Shown here piece after piece: positions 31,042 to 39,512 of a stretch of DNA of 64,000 nt. The stretch's first letter is position 1, and each line of letters starts with the position of its first letter. The position numbers and the translations under genes are program-made. Source of the DNA: an uncultured Gammaproteobacteria bacterium (GTDB lineage: Bacteria; Patescibacteriota; Patescibacteriia; Magasanikbacterales; GWA2-37-8); contig CAZXML010000001.1 of NCBI GenBank assembly GCA_964641245.1, forward strand, positions 229,460-293,459, read 5' to 3'. The notes beneath the pieces are model-generated. The model was not told the origin of the DNA. It made no database searches and was given only the letters and a program-made list of their open reading frames with translations.

Positions 31042-31114
31042 ATAACTTAATTTAATGAATTAGAATTTAACACTATAATTCTACTATGTTATTTGTTTGT
31101 TGGCAAACTTAAAT

Positions 31115-31222
31115 TGTCATTCTGAGTGAAACGAAGAATCTCTGTCTGGTTGGCCAACGCGATACTGACAGATATCCTTCACGGAGTTTACACTGAACGC
31201 AGTGAATGTGTTCAGGATGACA
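31115..31222. repeat. Family-A element with nested internal hairpin
   Basis: TGTCATTCTGAGTGAAACGAAGAATCTCTGTC...GACAGATATCCTTC...TTCAGGATGACA. Confidence 0.85.
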
Positions 31223-31232
31223 ATCGATGATG

Positions 31233-32198
31233 TTATACGTCCCACTTAAAACCATTGCCGTAGCTACCCCACTCGGCGGTTTTTTCGAATTGGGGTTGGC
31301 GGAGTTCCAGGAAATCTATTATTCCCTGCGGGGATAAATCATAACCGGATATGGAAAAATCTACAGCTTCGTTGGTGGTTGGGCGGGTGACGGAAACCAT
31401 AACCGGTTGTTTTTTGCCGATGGCGTAAGCCAGCTTAACCATCACTTCTCCGCCAACTTTTTTCACCGCGTCTACCGCTATTTTGCGCGCCATATAGGCG
31501 CCACTGCGGTCTACTTTGGTGCCGTCTTTGCCGGAATAGGCGCCACCGCCAACCGGAACTTGCGGGCCATAAGCGTCACAAATAATTTTTCGGCCGGTGA
31601 CGCCGGTGTCCGCGTCAAATCCGCCGATGTCCCAATCGCCGGCCGGGTTGGCGTAGATGGATAATTCGGAATCCACTTCTTTGCCTTTAAACCATTCAAA
31701 AATTATATCGCGCAGTTCGGAAGATTTTGCTTTGTGAAAACTGGCCACCACGCTGCAGATTTTTCCGTCGCGCAATGTGATTTGAGTTTTTCCATCATTG
31801 GGGAATTTGGCATAGATTAATTTGTTTAAATTCCGCGCCAAATATAATTCTTGTGGAACGAATTCTTCGTTTGCGTCGCAGGCATAGCCAACCATTATTC
31901 CCTGATCGCCCGCCCCGCCTACATCCACTCCTTGGGCAATCTCTGAACTCTGTTGAACAATATTTGTATTCACCTGATATTGTTCGCCGGCCACGCGCTT
32001 GGCAATTTGCGCGGCGTCGATTTTTGCGTTAGTGGTAAGTTCGCCGGTAAGAGTGATAAGTCCGTGACCGCCCATGCTTTCCATAGCCACCCGGCTATGC
32101 GGATCCTGTTCTAAACAAGCGTCTAAAATAGCGTCCGATATTCTGTCGCAAATTTTATCCGGGTGACGCGGCGAAACCGATTCGGCTGTGATGAGCAT
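31233..32198 (-). CDS. metK: S-adenosylmethionine synthetase (compact form)
   Basis: ESVS..HPDKICD, GAGDQG, DTGVTGRKI, GGGAYSGKD.TKVDRS. Confidence 0.95.
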   Translation of the reverse strand: MLITAESVSPRHPDKICDRISDAILDACLEQDPHSRVAMESMGGHGLITLTGELTTNAKIDAAQIAKRVAGEQYQVNTNIVQQSSEIAQGVDVGGAGDQGIMVGYACDANEEFVPQELYLARNLNKLIYAKFPNDGKTQITLRDGKICSVVASFHKAKSSELRDIIFEWFKGKEVDSELSIYANPAGDWDIGGFDADTGVTGRKIICDAYGPQVPVGGGAYSGKDGTKVDRSGAYMARKIAVDAVKKVGGEVMVKLAYAIGKKQPVMVSVTRPTTNEAVDFSISGYDLSPQGIIDFLELRQPQFEKTAEWGSYGNGFKWDV

Positions 32199-32248
32199 AT
32201 GCGTTGATTTATGAATTAGGATTTATAATTTAAGAAACGGCCTTTTGT

Positions 32249-32353
32249 ATTCCCCGCTTGGGCGGGGCAAGCCTCAAGGCCAGGGGTGGGTTGGGAGTGC
32301 GTTGATTTACGACGAACCGGCCAACCCACCCCTACCCCGCCCAAGCGGGGAAT
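32249..32353. repeat. Family-B palindromic element between the riboswitch and metK
   Basis: ATTCCCCGCTTGGGCGGGG...GGGGTGGGTTGG...CCAACCCACCCCTACCCCGCCCAAGCGGGGAAT inverted structure. Confidence 0.85.
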
Positions 32354-32383
32354 TGACCTCGACCGAACAAATAAATTAAACAA

Positions 32384-32522
32384 AAAAACTTTCCTTGGCA
32401 GGAAAGAAAGTCGACCTTTATCTTTCCCCGTTGGGGCTAGATTTGGCACCTTATCCCGACTAAGTCGGGACAGGTTGTCGGCAGGTCTTAGGGCTAGTTC
32501 CCTCGCTGCACTCTTGATAACT
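32384..32522 (-). ncRNA. SAM-I (S-box) riboswitch with terminator expression platform
   Basis: Minus strand TTATCAAGAG...GAGGGAACTAGCCC...GACAACC...GGTGCCAAAT...GAAAGATAA, then CTTTCC-loop-GGAAAG-TTTTTT, upstream of metK. Confidence 0.9.
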
Positions 32523-32569
32523 ATATCGTACCAGGTATTTCTTAATTATCAAAAAATACCTGGGGATAA

Positions 32570-32920
32570 CTATGCCGCCCCCGCTGTCTTTAAATCTGAC
32601 AGCACTTCCTCGGCGTGAGTATTCGGTTTAACATCCGGATAAGATTTATATATTTGGCCTTGCGGATCTATTAAATACGAAATGCGTTTGGTAAAAATTC
32701 CTTCCGCTTCGTATTTTTTTATCACTTCTTTTTTATCGTCCGATAATAATGTAAAATTTAATTTATATTTTTCCGCAAACCGAAAATGGCTGCTGGTGGG
32801 GTCCGCGCTGATGCCTAAAATTTTGATATTTAGTTTATCAAGGTAGTCGGATAATCTATGATTCACCGCATTTTGATCCGGTAATTCAAAATCCGGCGCC
32901 GTGGTTTTTTCCGCCAACAT
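32570..32920 (-). pseudogene. bcp: Bcp/PrxQ peroxiredoxin lacking the catalytic segment
   Basis: APDFELPDQ...LSDY joins directly to LDKLNIKILGISAD; the FYPKxxTPGC segment is absent and there is no Cys. Confidence 0.75.
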
Positions 32921-32947
32921 ATATTAAAAATTAAAAATTCGTTTTAG

Positions 32948-33018
32948 AGCCCCCTGTCAGAATCGGACTGACGTTTGTGGTTTACGATACCACCGTTCTG
33001 CCACTGAACTAAGGGGGC
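32948..33018 (-). tRNA. tRNA-Thr (CGT)
   Basis: GCCCCCT...GTGGT-ATCGTAA-ACCAC...GTCCGATTC...GGGGGCT. Confidence 0.88.
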
Positions 33019-33028
33019 ACTCATCTTG

Positions 33029-33099
33029 AGCGGGATACCGGAATCGAACCGGCCTCTCATCCTTGGGAAGGACGTATACTACCGATGTACTAATCCCGC
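33029..33099 (-). tRNA. tRNA-Gly (CCC)
   Basis: GCGGGAT...CGTCC-TTCCCAA-GGATG...GGTTCGATTCC...ATCCCGCT. Confidence 0.92.
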
Positions 33100-33176
33100 A
33101 CTTGTCCCGACCGTGAGCGCCGGGATACACAAGGGGGTTCTCTGAAAACCAGAGAACCCCCTTGTAAAAAACCTAA

Positions 33177-34235
33177 CTATTTAGTTGTTGAAGTCAGTTC
33201 CGCAAACGGGTTATGAACGTTGATATATAAACGAATGTTGCCGTCTTTAGCCTGTTTGTCAAGATAGCTCATCAAGTCTTGGAATCGGAAAAGAACCTGG
33301 CTGGCACGGACCATCTCCTTATTCACCATTCTTCCCAGCTCATTCTTTACTCTTTCGGTTTTTTTGTCGTCTAATCTGATGATGTGGTAACCGTAAACAC
33401 TCTCTACCAGAGTCGGATTGATTTCACCTTTTTTTAAAGCGAAAGCGGCTTTTTCAAATTCCGGCACCATTTCTCCTTTTCCAAACCAGCCCAAATCACC
33501 GCCGCGTTCACCGGTACTGTCGGTATTATATTTTGTGGCCAGTGCGGCAAAATCCGAGCCGTTTTTTACCTCTTCCAAAACTTTTTCGGCTTGAGCCTTT
33601 AATTCTTCTTTCATTTTTGTATCATCTTTTAATTTTTGCGCCAATTTTGTCTGTAAAATAAACGGACGCATTACTTTTTGTTCGTAGACAGCCATTGTCC
33701 AGCCGTAACGCTTGGTTAATTCTTCGTTGGCGGCCGCTTCATCTTTAAATTGTTGCAACATTTGCGCTTTTAAAGTTTCCACATCTTTATCTTCGGCTAC
33801 CACTTCAAATTTTTTGGCGGCTTCTTGCACCAATAAATTATTTACCAAACGCCACAAAACTTGGTCGGTCATTTGCTCTTCGGTAAGATCGGCTCCGGGA
33901 CTTCTGTCCGGGGCAATACCGGCTTCTCTTTGCGCTTTATCATAATCGCGCATGACGGTGATGGCTTTTAAATCTTCCACGAATGCGACGTAAGGAATTT
34001 TTTCATTTCCTACTTTTAGAACCGGCAAATTTAACGCCTTGGCAACGGCCAGACTGAATTTATCGGTAGCTGTTTTGGCGTATACTTTATAAATACCCAA
34101 ACCGGCAATTGCGCCAACCACAACTACGGCCACACCCAGCCAAACATAACGCTTCATAGAAGCATTTAACGTTTTTGGGCTCTCCGGTGTGTTTTTAATT
34201 TCCACATTTCCTCCTGCCAAATTTTGCTCGTCCAT
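33177..34235 (-). CDS. prsA: PrsA/SurA-like parvulin foldase
   Basis: N-terminal TM, SurA-N helices, DFAALA, GGDLGWF...MVPEFE, YGYHII; terminator hairpin at about 33130-33165. Confidence 0.88.
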   Translation of the reverse strand: MDEQNLAGGNVEIKNTPESPKTLNASMKRYVWLGVAVVVVGAIAGLGIYKVYAKTATDKFSLAVAKALNLPVLKVGNEKIPYVAFVEDLKAITVMRDYDKAQREAGIAPDRSPGADLTEEQMTDQVLWRLVNNLLVQEAAKKFEVVAEDKDVETLKAQMLQQFKDEAAANEELTKRYGWTMAVYEQKVMRPFILQTKLAQKLKDDTKMKEELKAQAEKVLEEVKNGSDFAALATKYNTDSTGERGGDLGWFGKGEMVPEFEKAAFALKKGEINPTLVESVYGYHIIRLDDKKTERVKNELGRMVNKEMVRASQVLFRFQDLMSYLDKQAKDGNIRLYINVHNPFAELTSTTK

Positions 34236-34249
34236 ATTTATATCATAGT

Positions 34250-34311
34250 TGTCATGCTGAATTTATTTCAGCATCTAATCGGTATAGATCCTGAAACAAG
34301 TTCAGGATGAC
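34250..34311. repeat. Family-A element (GTCATGCTGAA subtype)
   Basis: Matches 12097-12164. Confidence 0.88.
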
Positions 34312-34312
34312 G

Positions 34313-34699
34313 TTAGTTAGTAAAATACTGCCACCATTTTTTATAATTTGAAATATTGCTTAATCCTATCATACTGTTATTTTCTTGTCTATTGCCTTTG
34401 ACTTCGGCTTTCGGCACCACCAAAACCTGCTCGCCAGGCTTCACCATATTTAATTCCGTGCGCGCTTTTTCTTCCGCAAAACTGTCGGACTTTACATATT
34501 TAAGCACTTCCAATAATTCCATTTTTTTGGCCTGCAAATTTTTGGCCTGATCCTGCAAGTTCCGTATTTCCTGCGTCACCAAATAATCCTGATAATACGC
34601 CCGCGCGTATCCAAACATCACCATCATGGCAATAATGGTGGCCGCAAACATAAATAATCGGGAGCCTAAAATAATTTTCCAACCGGCGTCTTTTGCCAT
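34313..34699 (-). CDS. Septum formation initiator (FtsB/DivIC family)
   Basis: TM, coiled coil, EEKARTELNMVKPGE; start refined to MAKDAG. Confidence 0.85.
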   Translation of the reverse strand: MAKDAGWKIILGSRLFMFAATIIAMMVMFGYARAYYQDYLVTQEIRNLQDQAKNLQAKKMELLEVLKYVKSDSFAEEKARTELNMVKPGEQVLVVPKAEVKGNRQENNSMIGLSNISNYKKWWQYFTN

Positions 34700-34714
34700 T
34701 GATTTAAAGTTACT

Positions 34715-34794
34715 TGTCATCCTGAATGAAATGAAGGATCCCTGTCTCAATCGACAATGACGGACAGAGATTCTTCGCTTTGCTCAGAATGACA
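34715..34794. repeat. Family-A element
   Basis: TGTCATCCTGAATGAAATGAAGGATCC...CTCAGAATGACA. Confidence 0.9.
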
Positions 34795-34808
34795 AAGGAC
34801 AATTGATA

Positions 34809-35429
34809 TTATACCATGTCCGAACCCAATTGATCCTCAATCAACTTCTTAACTTCCACCAAATCTCCATCCGTTAAATCCGGAATTATTTTGATAAAAT
34901 TATTGTAAATAACTTTCATGTTAGCCACTTTAATATCTTGCTTATACTGCTGACTGATATCGGAGAGCAGGAGTTGAGTTTTGGAAGGGCTGGCGATATT
35001 TAAAATTTCCAGAACAAACTGCTGGCTTTTGGTTTGAATGGCGATGCCGCCAAAATTAAATAAACTTTGGGCGATACCTTTTTTTCTGACGACCACATCT
35101 TTTACATCCAAATAACTGACGGATGAAATAATTTCATCAAACCAGCCCAGCCGGTGAATATCCACCACCCGGTCGCTGGTGATAACCAAAACATTTACGT
35201 GGTTTAAAAACCAGGTGCGTAAAATTATATAAAGTCCAATAAACATTCCCAACCCGTAAACTATATTCCCCCACCAGCCATAGAAAAAAAGGCGGAACAT
35301 AAAAAAAGACGAGGCAAATAAAAATATCAGACCGAGTAAATACTTCCAGGCATAAGCCGCCACGTGGGGCGCGATTACGGAAATAATTTTTTCATCTTCT
35401 TTCAGGTGGATTTTTTTGGCAATGGACAT
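34809..35429 (-). CDS. Membrane protein with bacterial PH domain
   Basis: Two TMs, then ITSDRVVD..., GIAQSLFNFGGI.IQT. Confidence 0.8.
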   Translation of the reverse strand: MSIAKKIHLKEDEKIISVIAPHVAAYAWKYLLGLIFLFASSFFMFRLFFYGWWGNIVYGLGMFIGLYIILRTWFLNHVNVLVITSDRVVDIHRLGWFDEIISSVSYLDVKDVVVRKKGIAQSLFNFGGIAIQTKSQQFVLEILNIASPSKTQLLLSDISQQYKQDIKVANMKVIYNNFIKIIPDLTDGDLVEVKKLIEDQLGSDMV

Positions 35430-35473
35430 AAGTAAATTCTAATTTCTCAATTTCCTAATTTCTAATCTCGAAT

Positions 35474-35557
35474 TGTCATCCTGAACGGAGTGAAGGATCT
35501 CTGTCCGTATAGTTTTCACCAACCAGACAGAGATTCTTCGCTTTGCTCAGAATGACA
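35474..35557. repeat. Family-A element at the murE 3' end
   Basis: Matches 11424-11523. Confidence 0.9.
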
Positions 35558-35558
35558 G

Positions 35559-36896
35559 TTACGTACGGGATGACAATGCGGATAACACTTCTCTGGCAAC
35601 ACGGCGGTCATCCCAAACAATTTTCTTTCCCCCGGCCACCGCAATATACGGCTCCGTGCCTTTGGCGGTAATAACCACCACGTCTCCGGCTTGAGCCAAG
35701 GAAACGGCTTTAATTATTGCCTGACGACGGTCCACAATCACAAACAAGTCTGCATTGTCTTTTTTTCCGGACGAACGCGCGCCAACCGCCAGCATTTCGG
35801 CAATTTGTTCCGGATCTTCATCGTAACAGTTCACATCTGTAATTATAACATAATCGGTTAATTTACCTGCTATTTGCCCCATAGATTCTCTTTTGCTTTT
35901 GTCGCGACCGCCGCCGTCGGACCCAACCACCGCAATAATTTTGTGGTCATGACCAACCATTTCACGCAAACTTTTAAACAATTCGGTTAAACTTACGGGT
36001 TCGTGCGCATAATCTACTATCACCTTAAAATTTTGTCCTTCATCAATTAATTCCATTCTGCCCTCCACTAATTTTACGCTCGCCAACCCTTCGGCAATTT
36101 TCTCATCGGAAATTTTCTGCGCCCTGCCCACCGCAATCGCAGCCAGCGCGTTGTAAACGTTAAACCGGCCGATTATATTTAATCTGAATTTTTTGCCACC
36201 GACTGTAAAATCAGAACCATTCTGATCGGAAACGATATTTTCTCCGCTTAATAATTTTGTCGCGCTGTTTTTGTCATTGCGAGGAGCTAAAAGCGACGTG
36301 GCAATCCCATTGTTGGCACTACCAGTACTGTGGGATTGCTTCGCTTTGCTCGCAATGACAGAAAACGCCCACTTCTCCACCGCCGGAAAACTCAAAAAAT
36401 AATCCGCATGCTCATCATCCGTATTAGCAACAATTGTTTTTGCTTTCGCAAAAATTTTGGCTTTGTCTTTTTTTAGATTATCAAATCCACCGTGGCGTTC
36501 CGAATGTTCGGTTCCTAAATTAGTAAACACCGCCGTATGGTAATTCAATCCGATATGCCGGTACTGCAAAATTCCTTCCGAAGATGTTTCCACCACCGCG
36601 TATTTGCACCCGGCTTTTACCATTTGTTTTAATAAACTCTGAATTTTCCCTCGCCCTAGCATGGTCATTTTTTTATCGTTCAGCCAGCGCTTATTGGCCA
36701 CCTGAAATTCTACGGTGCTTAGTAGCCCAACTTTATTTCCTCCCGCTTCTAAAACAGACGCAATAAGCCGGCAAGTGGTAGACTTGCCCTTGGTGCCGGT
36801 TACCCCAATCACAGTTAATTTTCGGGCCGGCCGGCCATACCACCAATAAGCGGACCAGGCCAATAAAAAATGAAGGATTTTCTTAAAAAAAGACAT
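35559..36896 (-). CDS. murE: MurE-like Mur ligase, N-terminal domain absent, with repeat insertion
   Basis: GVTGTKGKSTT, VVETSSEG, FTNL, GRME, VDYAHEP, GGGRD, AKGTE. Confidence 0.88.
   Translation of the reverse strand: MSFFKKILHFLLAWSAYWWYGRPARKLTVIGVTGTKGKSTTCRLIASVLEAGGNKVGLLSTVEFQVANKRWLNDKKMTMLGRGKIQSLLKQMVKAGCKYAVVETSSEGILQYRHIGLNYHTAVFTNLGTEHSERHGGFDNLKKDKAKIFAKAKTIVANTDDEHADYFLSFPAVEKWAFSVIASKAKQSHSTGSANNGIATSLLAPRNDKNSATKLLSGENIVSDQNGSDFTVGGKKFRLNIIGRFNVYNALAAIAVGRAQKISDEKIAEGLASVKLVEGRMELIDEGQNFKVIVDYAHEPVSLTELFKSLREMVGHDHKIIAVVGSDGGGRDKSKRESMGQIAGKLTDYVIITDVNCYDEDPEQIAEMLAVGARSSGKKDNADLFVIVDRRQAIIKAVSLAQAGDVVVITAKGTEPYIAVAGGKKIVWDDRRVAREVLSALSSRT
36272..36360. repeat. Family-A (GTCATTGCGAG subtype) element in frame inside murE
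   Basis: Near-identical to intergenic copies 52370-52457 and 53868-53955; encodes VIASKAKQSHSTGSANNGIATSLLAPRND. Confidence 0.92.
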
Positions 36897-36958
36897 AAAA
36901 TTTATGGCTGATACCTAAAAATTATACCAAAAAAATGGCAAAATGACAAGCTGCATTA

Positions 36959-38113
36959 TGTAGAAGATGAGATACATCGGTAACACTCCACGCTTCTCGG
37001 CAAAGCTCCTGAAGCAGGGTAAAGTACCGACATATGACACATCCCAACTCTCTTAAATGGCTGTTCCTGACCAAGGAAAAGCTACCACAGGTTTTTTTCA
37101 GAGACAACCAAAAGAAATTGCTTGCCCATCATGATCGTTGGCGGCGAACCGCAGGCCTCCTTAAATTATCCAAGGGCGCGAAGAGCCGCCTCGAGTGGAT
37201 GATATTTTATGAAACGAAAGGTGAGCGGAATGCTCGTTTAACTGCCAGGCATTTCGGCATCGTTCCCAAGACTTTTTATCAATGGCATAATCGCTTTGAT
37301 GAAGGCGACCTTAAAACGCTCGAAGAGCGTTCACGCGCGCCCGTTAGCAAACGGGTGCGGGAGTACACACCCCTCCAGTATGTCCGGGTAATTAAACTTC
37401 GCAAGGAACATATCCGGTGGGGCAAGATGAAGCTTTTAAAACTGTATCAAGATGACTTTCCAAAAGATGCAACAATTACCAGTTGGAAGGTTCAATGTAT
37501 TATTGAAGTATCCGGCATCTACTACCACCCTCAAAAACAAGCTAGAATCAACCGCAAACGCATATTGTCGGTGAAGCGGAAGAAGATTACTGACCTCGCC
37601 AAAAAACCACGGCAGGGTTTTTTGGTATGTCTCGACACAATCGTGCGTTATGTTGCCGGACAGAAGCGCTACATTTTGACGGCGATTGACCAATACTCAA
37701 AAATTACCTTTGGCCGAATGTACACGACACATAGCTCGGCAAACGCGAGGGACTTTCTTCACCGCCTCCACTATCTGCTTGACGGAAAGATTGAAAACAT
37801 TCAAACTGACAACGGCAGTGAATTCAAATTGCATTTTGATACGGCCTTAACGAAGTTGAATATTCCACACTACCATTCTCGGGTAAGGACACCAAAAGAT
37901 AACGCGGTGAACGAACGGTTCAATCGTACCCTAGATGAAGAATTCCTGGCTATGGGCAATCTGATGGCAGATACCGTTCTTTTTAACCAACGTCTGACTG
38001 AGTGGCTGGTAGAATACAACTTCAAACGTCCGCATCAATCTCTGGGGTATCTACCACCAATTAACTTTCATTTTAAATATCATAAAGTGTTACCGATGTA
38101 CCCGTCTAGTACA
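36959..38113 (+). mobile_element. IS481-family insertion sequence
   Basis: Imperfect terminal IRs TGTAGAAGATGAGATACATCGGTAACACT / AGTGTTACCGATGTACCCGTCTAGTACA; no target duplication visible. Confidence 0.9.
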
Positions 38114-38122
38114 ACTGATTGA
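37034..38122 (+). CDS. IS481-family DDE transposase
   Basis: N-terminal HTH, LDT, AIDQYS, IQTDNGSEF, PKDNAVNERFNRT, YNFKRPHQSL; the ORF runs through the right IR. Confidence 0.93.
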   Translation: MTHPNSLKWLFLTKEKLPQVFFRDNQKKLLAHHDRWRRTAGLLKLSKGAKSRLEWMIFYETKGERNARLTARHFGIVPKTFYQWHNRFDEGDLKTLEERSRAPVSKRVREYTPLQYVRVIKLRKEHIRWGKMKLLKLYQDDFPKDATITSWKVQCIIEVSGIYYHPQKQARINRKRILSVKRKKITDLAKKPRQGFLVCLDTIVRYVAGQKRYILTAIDQYSKITFGRMYTTHSSANARDFLHRLHYLLDGKIENIQTDNGSEFKLHFDTALTKLNIPHYHSRVRTPKDNAVNERFNRTLDEEFLAMGNLMADTVLFNQRLTEWLVEYNFKRPHQSLGYLPPINFHFKYHKVLPMYPSSTTD

Positions 38123-38147
38123 CACATCGCGCCAATTATGATACACT
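38119..38147 (+). promoter_or_regulatory. Sigma70 promoter for the HTH gene
   Basis: TTGACA-17 bp-TACACT; the TGA in TTGACA is the transposase stop. Confidence 0.65.
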
Positions 38148-38179
38148 CATCACAGATACAAACAGAAAGGAAGGGTCGC

Positions 38180-38662
38180 ATGAAACGATGTACATCCTGC
38201 GGAAAGTCCGATTTACGTTTGGGTACAGTGTCTCACCACCTATCGGTCGGTGGGTATAAATTTAGCGGGCGAATGCCTGGCGAAATCTGTGATACATGTG
38301 GCAGAGAGACTGTGGAAGCTAAGTATTTGGTGACATTCGAGCTGGTGGTGGCTGGACTATTCGCTGAATCGGGACTAACCTCAACACCTGAAGCGTTCCA
38401 TTTCATGCGCCATTCGCTAGGTATGACGGCTGTTGAAATGGCAAGCCTGTTCGGAGTGACGCCCGAAACAGTTTCCCGATGGGAAAATGGAAAACTCCCA
38501 ATCGAAACGCGGTCCCTCGCGCTACTTGGTTGCATGGTCATGGATGCGGTTAATCGACGCAAGAATACCATGAATTTGCTCCACGCAGTTCGTTCGCCCA
38601 CGAATATGAAGGGGATAGTACTGGTGCTTGATGGAGTCAATGTCTGGGCTGACGTGCCCTAA
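38180..38662 (+). CDS. MqsA-family Zn-ribbon plus XRE-HTH protein (orphan antitoxin-like)
   Basis: CTSC...CDTCG, then MRHSLGMTAVEMASLFGVTPETVSRWENG; GAAAGGAAGG RBS. Confidence 0.85.
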   Translation: MKRCTSCGKSDLRLGTVSHHLSVGGYKFSGRMPGEICDTCGRETVEAKYLVTFELVVAGLFAESGLTSTPEAFHFMRHSLGMTAVEMASLFGVTPETVSRWENGKLPIETRSLALLGCMVMDAVNRRKNTMNLLHAVRSPTNMKGIVLVLDGVNVWADVP

Positions 38663-38725
38663 AACACCTGCTAATTAGTTAGTTCCTTTGTCGCCAAAGC
38701 GTAATGCGGAGGCGATTTTTTTATA

Positions 38726-38773
38726 TTGACAAAACCCTATTTTTAGGGTATACCTACTCCTAGTTTTTAGGAG
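38726..38773 (+). promoter_or_regulatory. Sigma70 promoter overlapped by two CCTA-N-TAGG palindromes
   Basis: TTGACA-17-TATACC; ACCCTATTTTTAGGGT in the spacer and CTCCTAGTTTTTAGGAG just downstream. Confidence 0.6.
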
Positions 38774-38938
38774 GTGTTCAGATGATGCCGGAATCAATCG
38801 TTCCGGCTAATACGTGAAGGTGCGGGAAAATTCGTAATGTTGGCAGTTTGCTTTACGGATAACCGCTATCCAGGGCTTGGCTCCGGAATATATTTCGGGA
38901 TTCGCAACCCCAAATGACGGGGGTTTTTCATTTAATTT

Positions 38939-39511
38939 TTACTGTCTAATACTTACTTCGTAAAGAATCTGCTCCAACTTATGCAAAGCCTGTTTGGCCT
39001 GATCAAACTTCTGGCGATTATAGCCGGTCAAATTCATATCTACCAATTCGGTAATAATTTCATCGGCAACTTTACTGCATCTTTTTACTTCTTCGTATTT
39101 TTTTTCGGTGGCGGATTTTATGGCGTAACGCAAAAGTTCTCCGGGCACATCGCATAAACCGCTGATAAAAATATCCGAATCAACCTTGATTTTTGCTATC
39201 TTGCCGATAGTTTTCTTGTGCAGATACTGATTAAAAATAGAAGCCTCCACAAATTCTTCCAACGCCGCTTTATATGAACCCTCTTCAAAAATTCCCGGGT
39301 CTTTCTTATTTTTTAAATTTAAGTCCAGCAGTATTTTTTCCGCCTGACCCAAATAATTTTGCCCTTCGCTTGCATCGTCTCTTTGCATGGCAAATATCGC
39401 CTTCTTCGCCAGAAATTGCGCATCACCCGCTGATTTTATAATCCCCCGCCGTTTGGCGGAATAATCCAATAATTCCTGGCGTACCTGGTTGAAATATTTT
39501 TTGTCCAACAT
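38939..39511 (-). CDS. Translin/TRAX-family protein
   Basis: R...IK...D, ALEEFVEA, GLCDVPGELLRYAI and RQKFD motifs. Confidence 0.82.
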   Translation of the reverse strand: MLDKKYFNQVRQELLDYSAKRRGIIKSAGDAQFLAKKAIFAMQRDDASEGQNYLGQAEKILLDLNLKNKKDPGIFEEGSYKAALEEFVEASIFNQYLHKKTIGKIAKIKVDSDIFISGLCDVPGELLRYAIKSATEKKYEEVKRCSKVADEIITELVDMNLTGYNRQKFDQAKQALHKLEQILYEVSIRQ

Positions 39512-39512
39512 A

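Noticed and set aside
38782-38862. TGA read-through (genetic code 25) extending the micro-ORF
   Set aside because: ligA, dnaX, ftsX and ftsA end in TGA, indicating code 11; read-through gives only a short peptide anyway.
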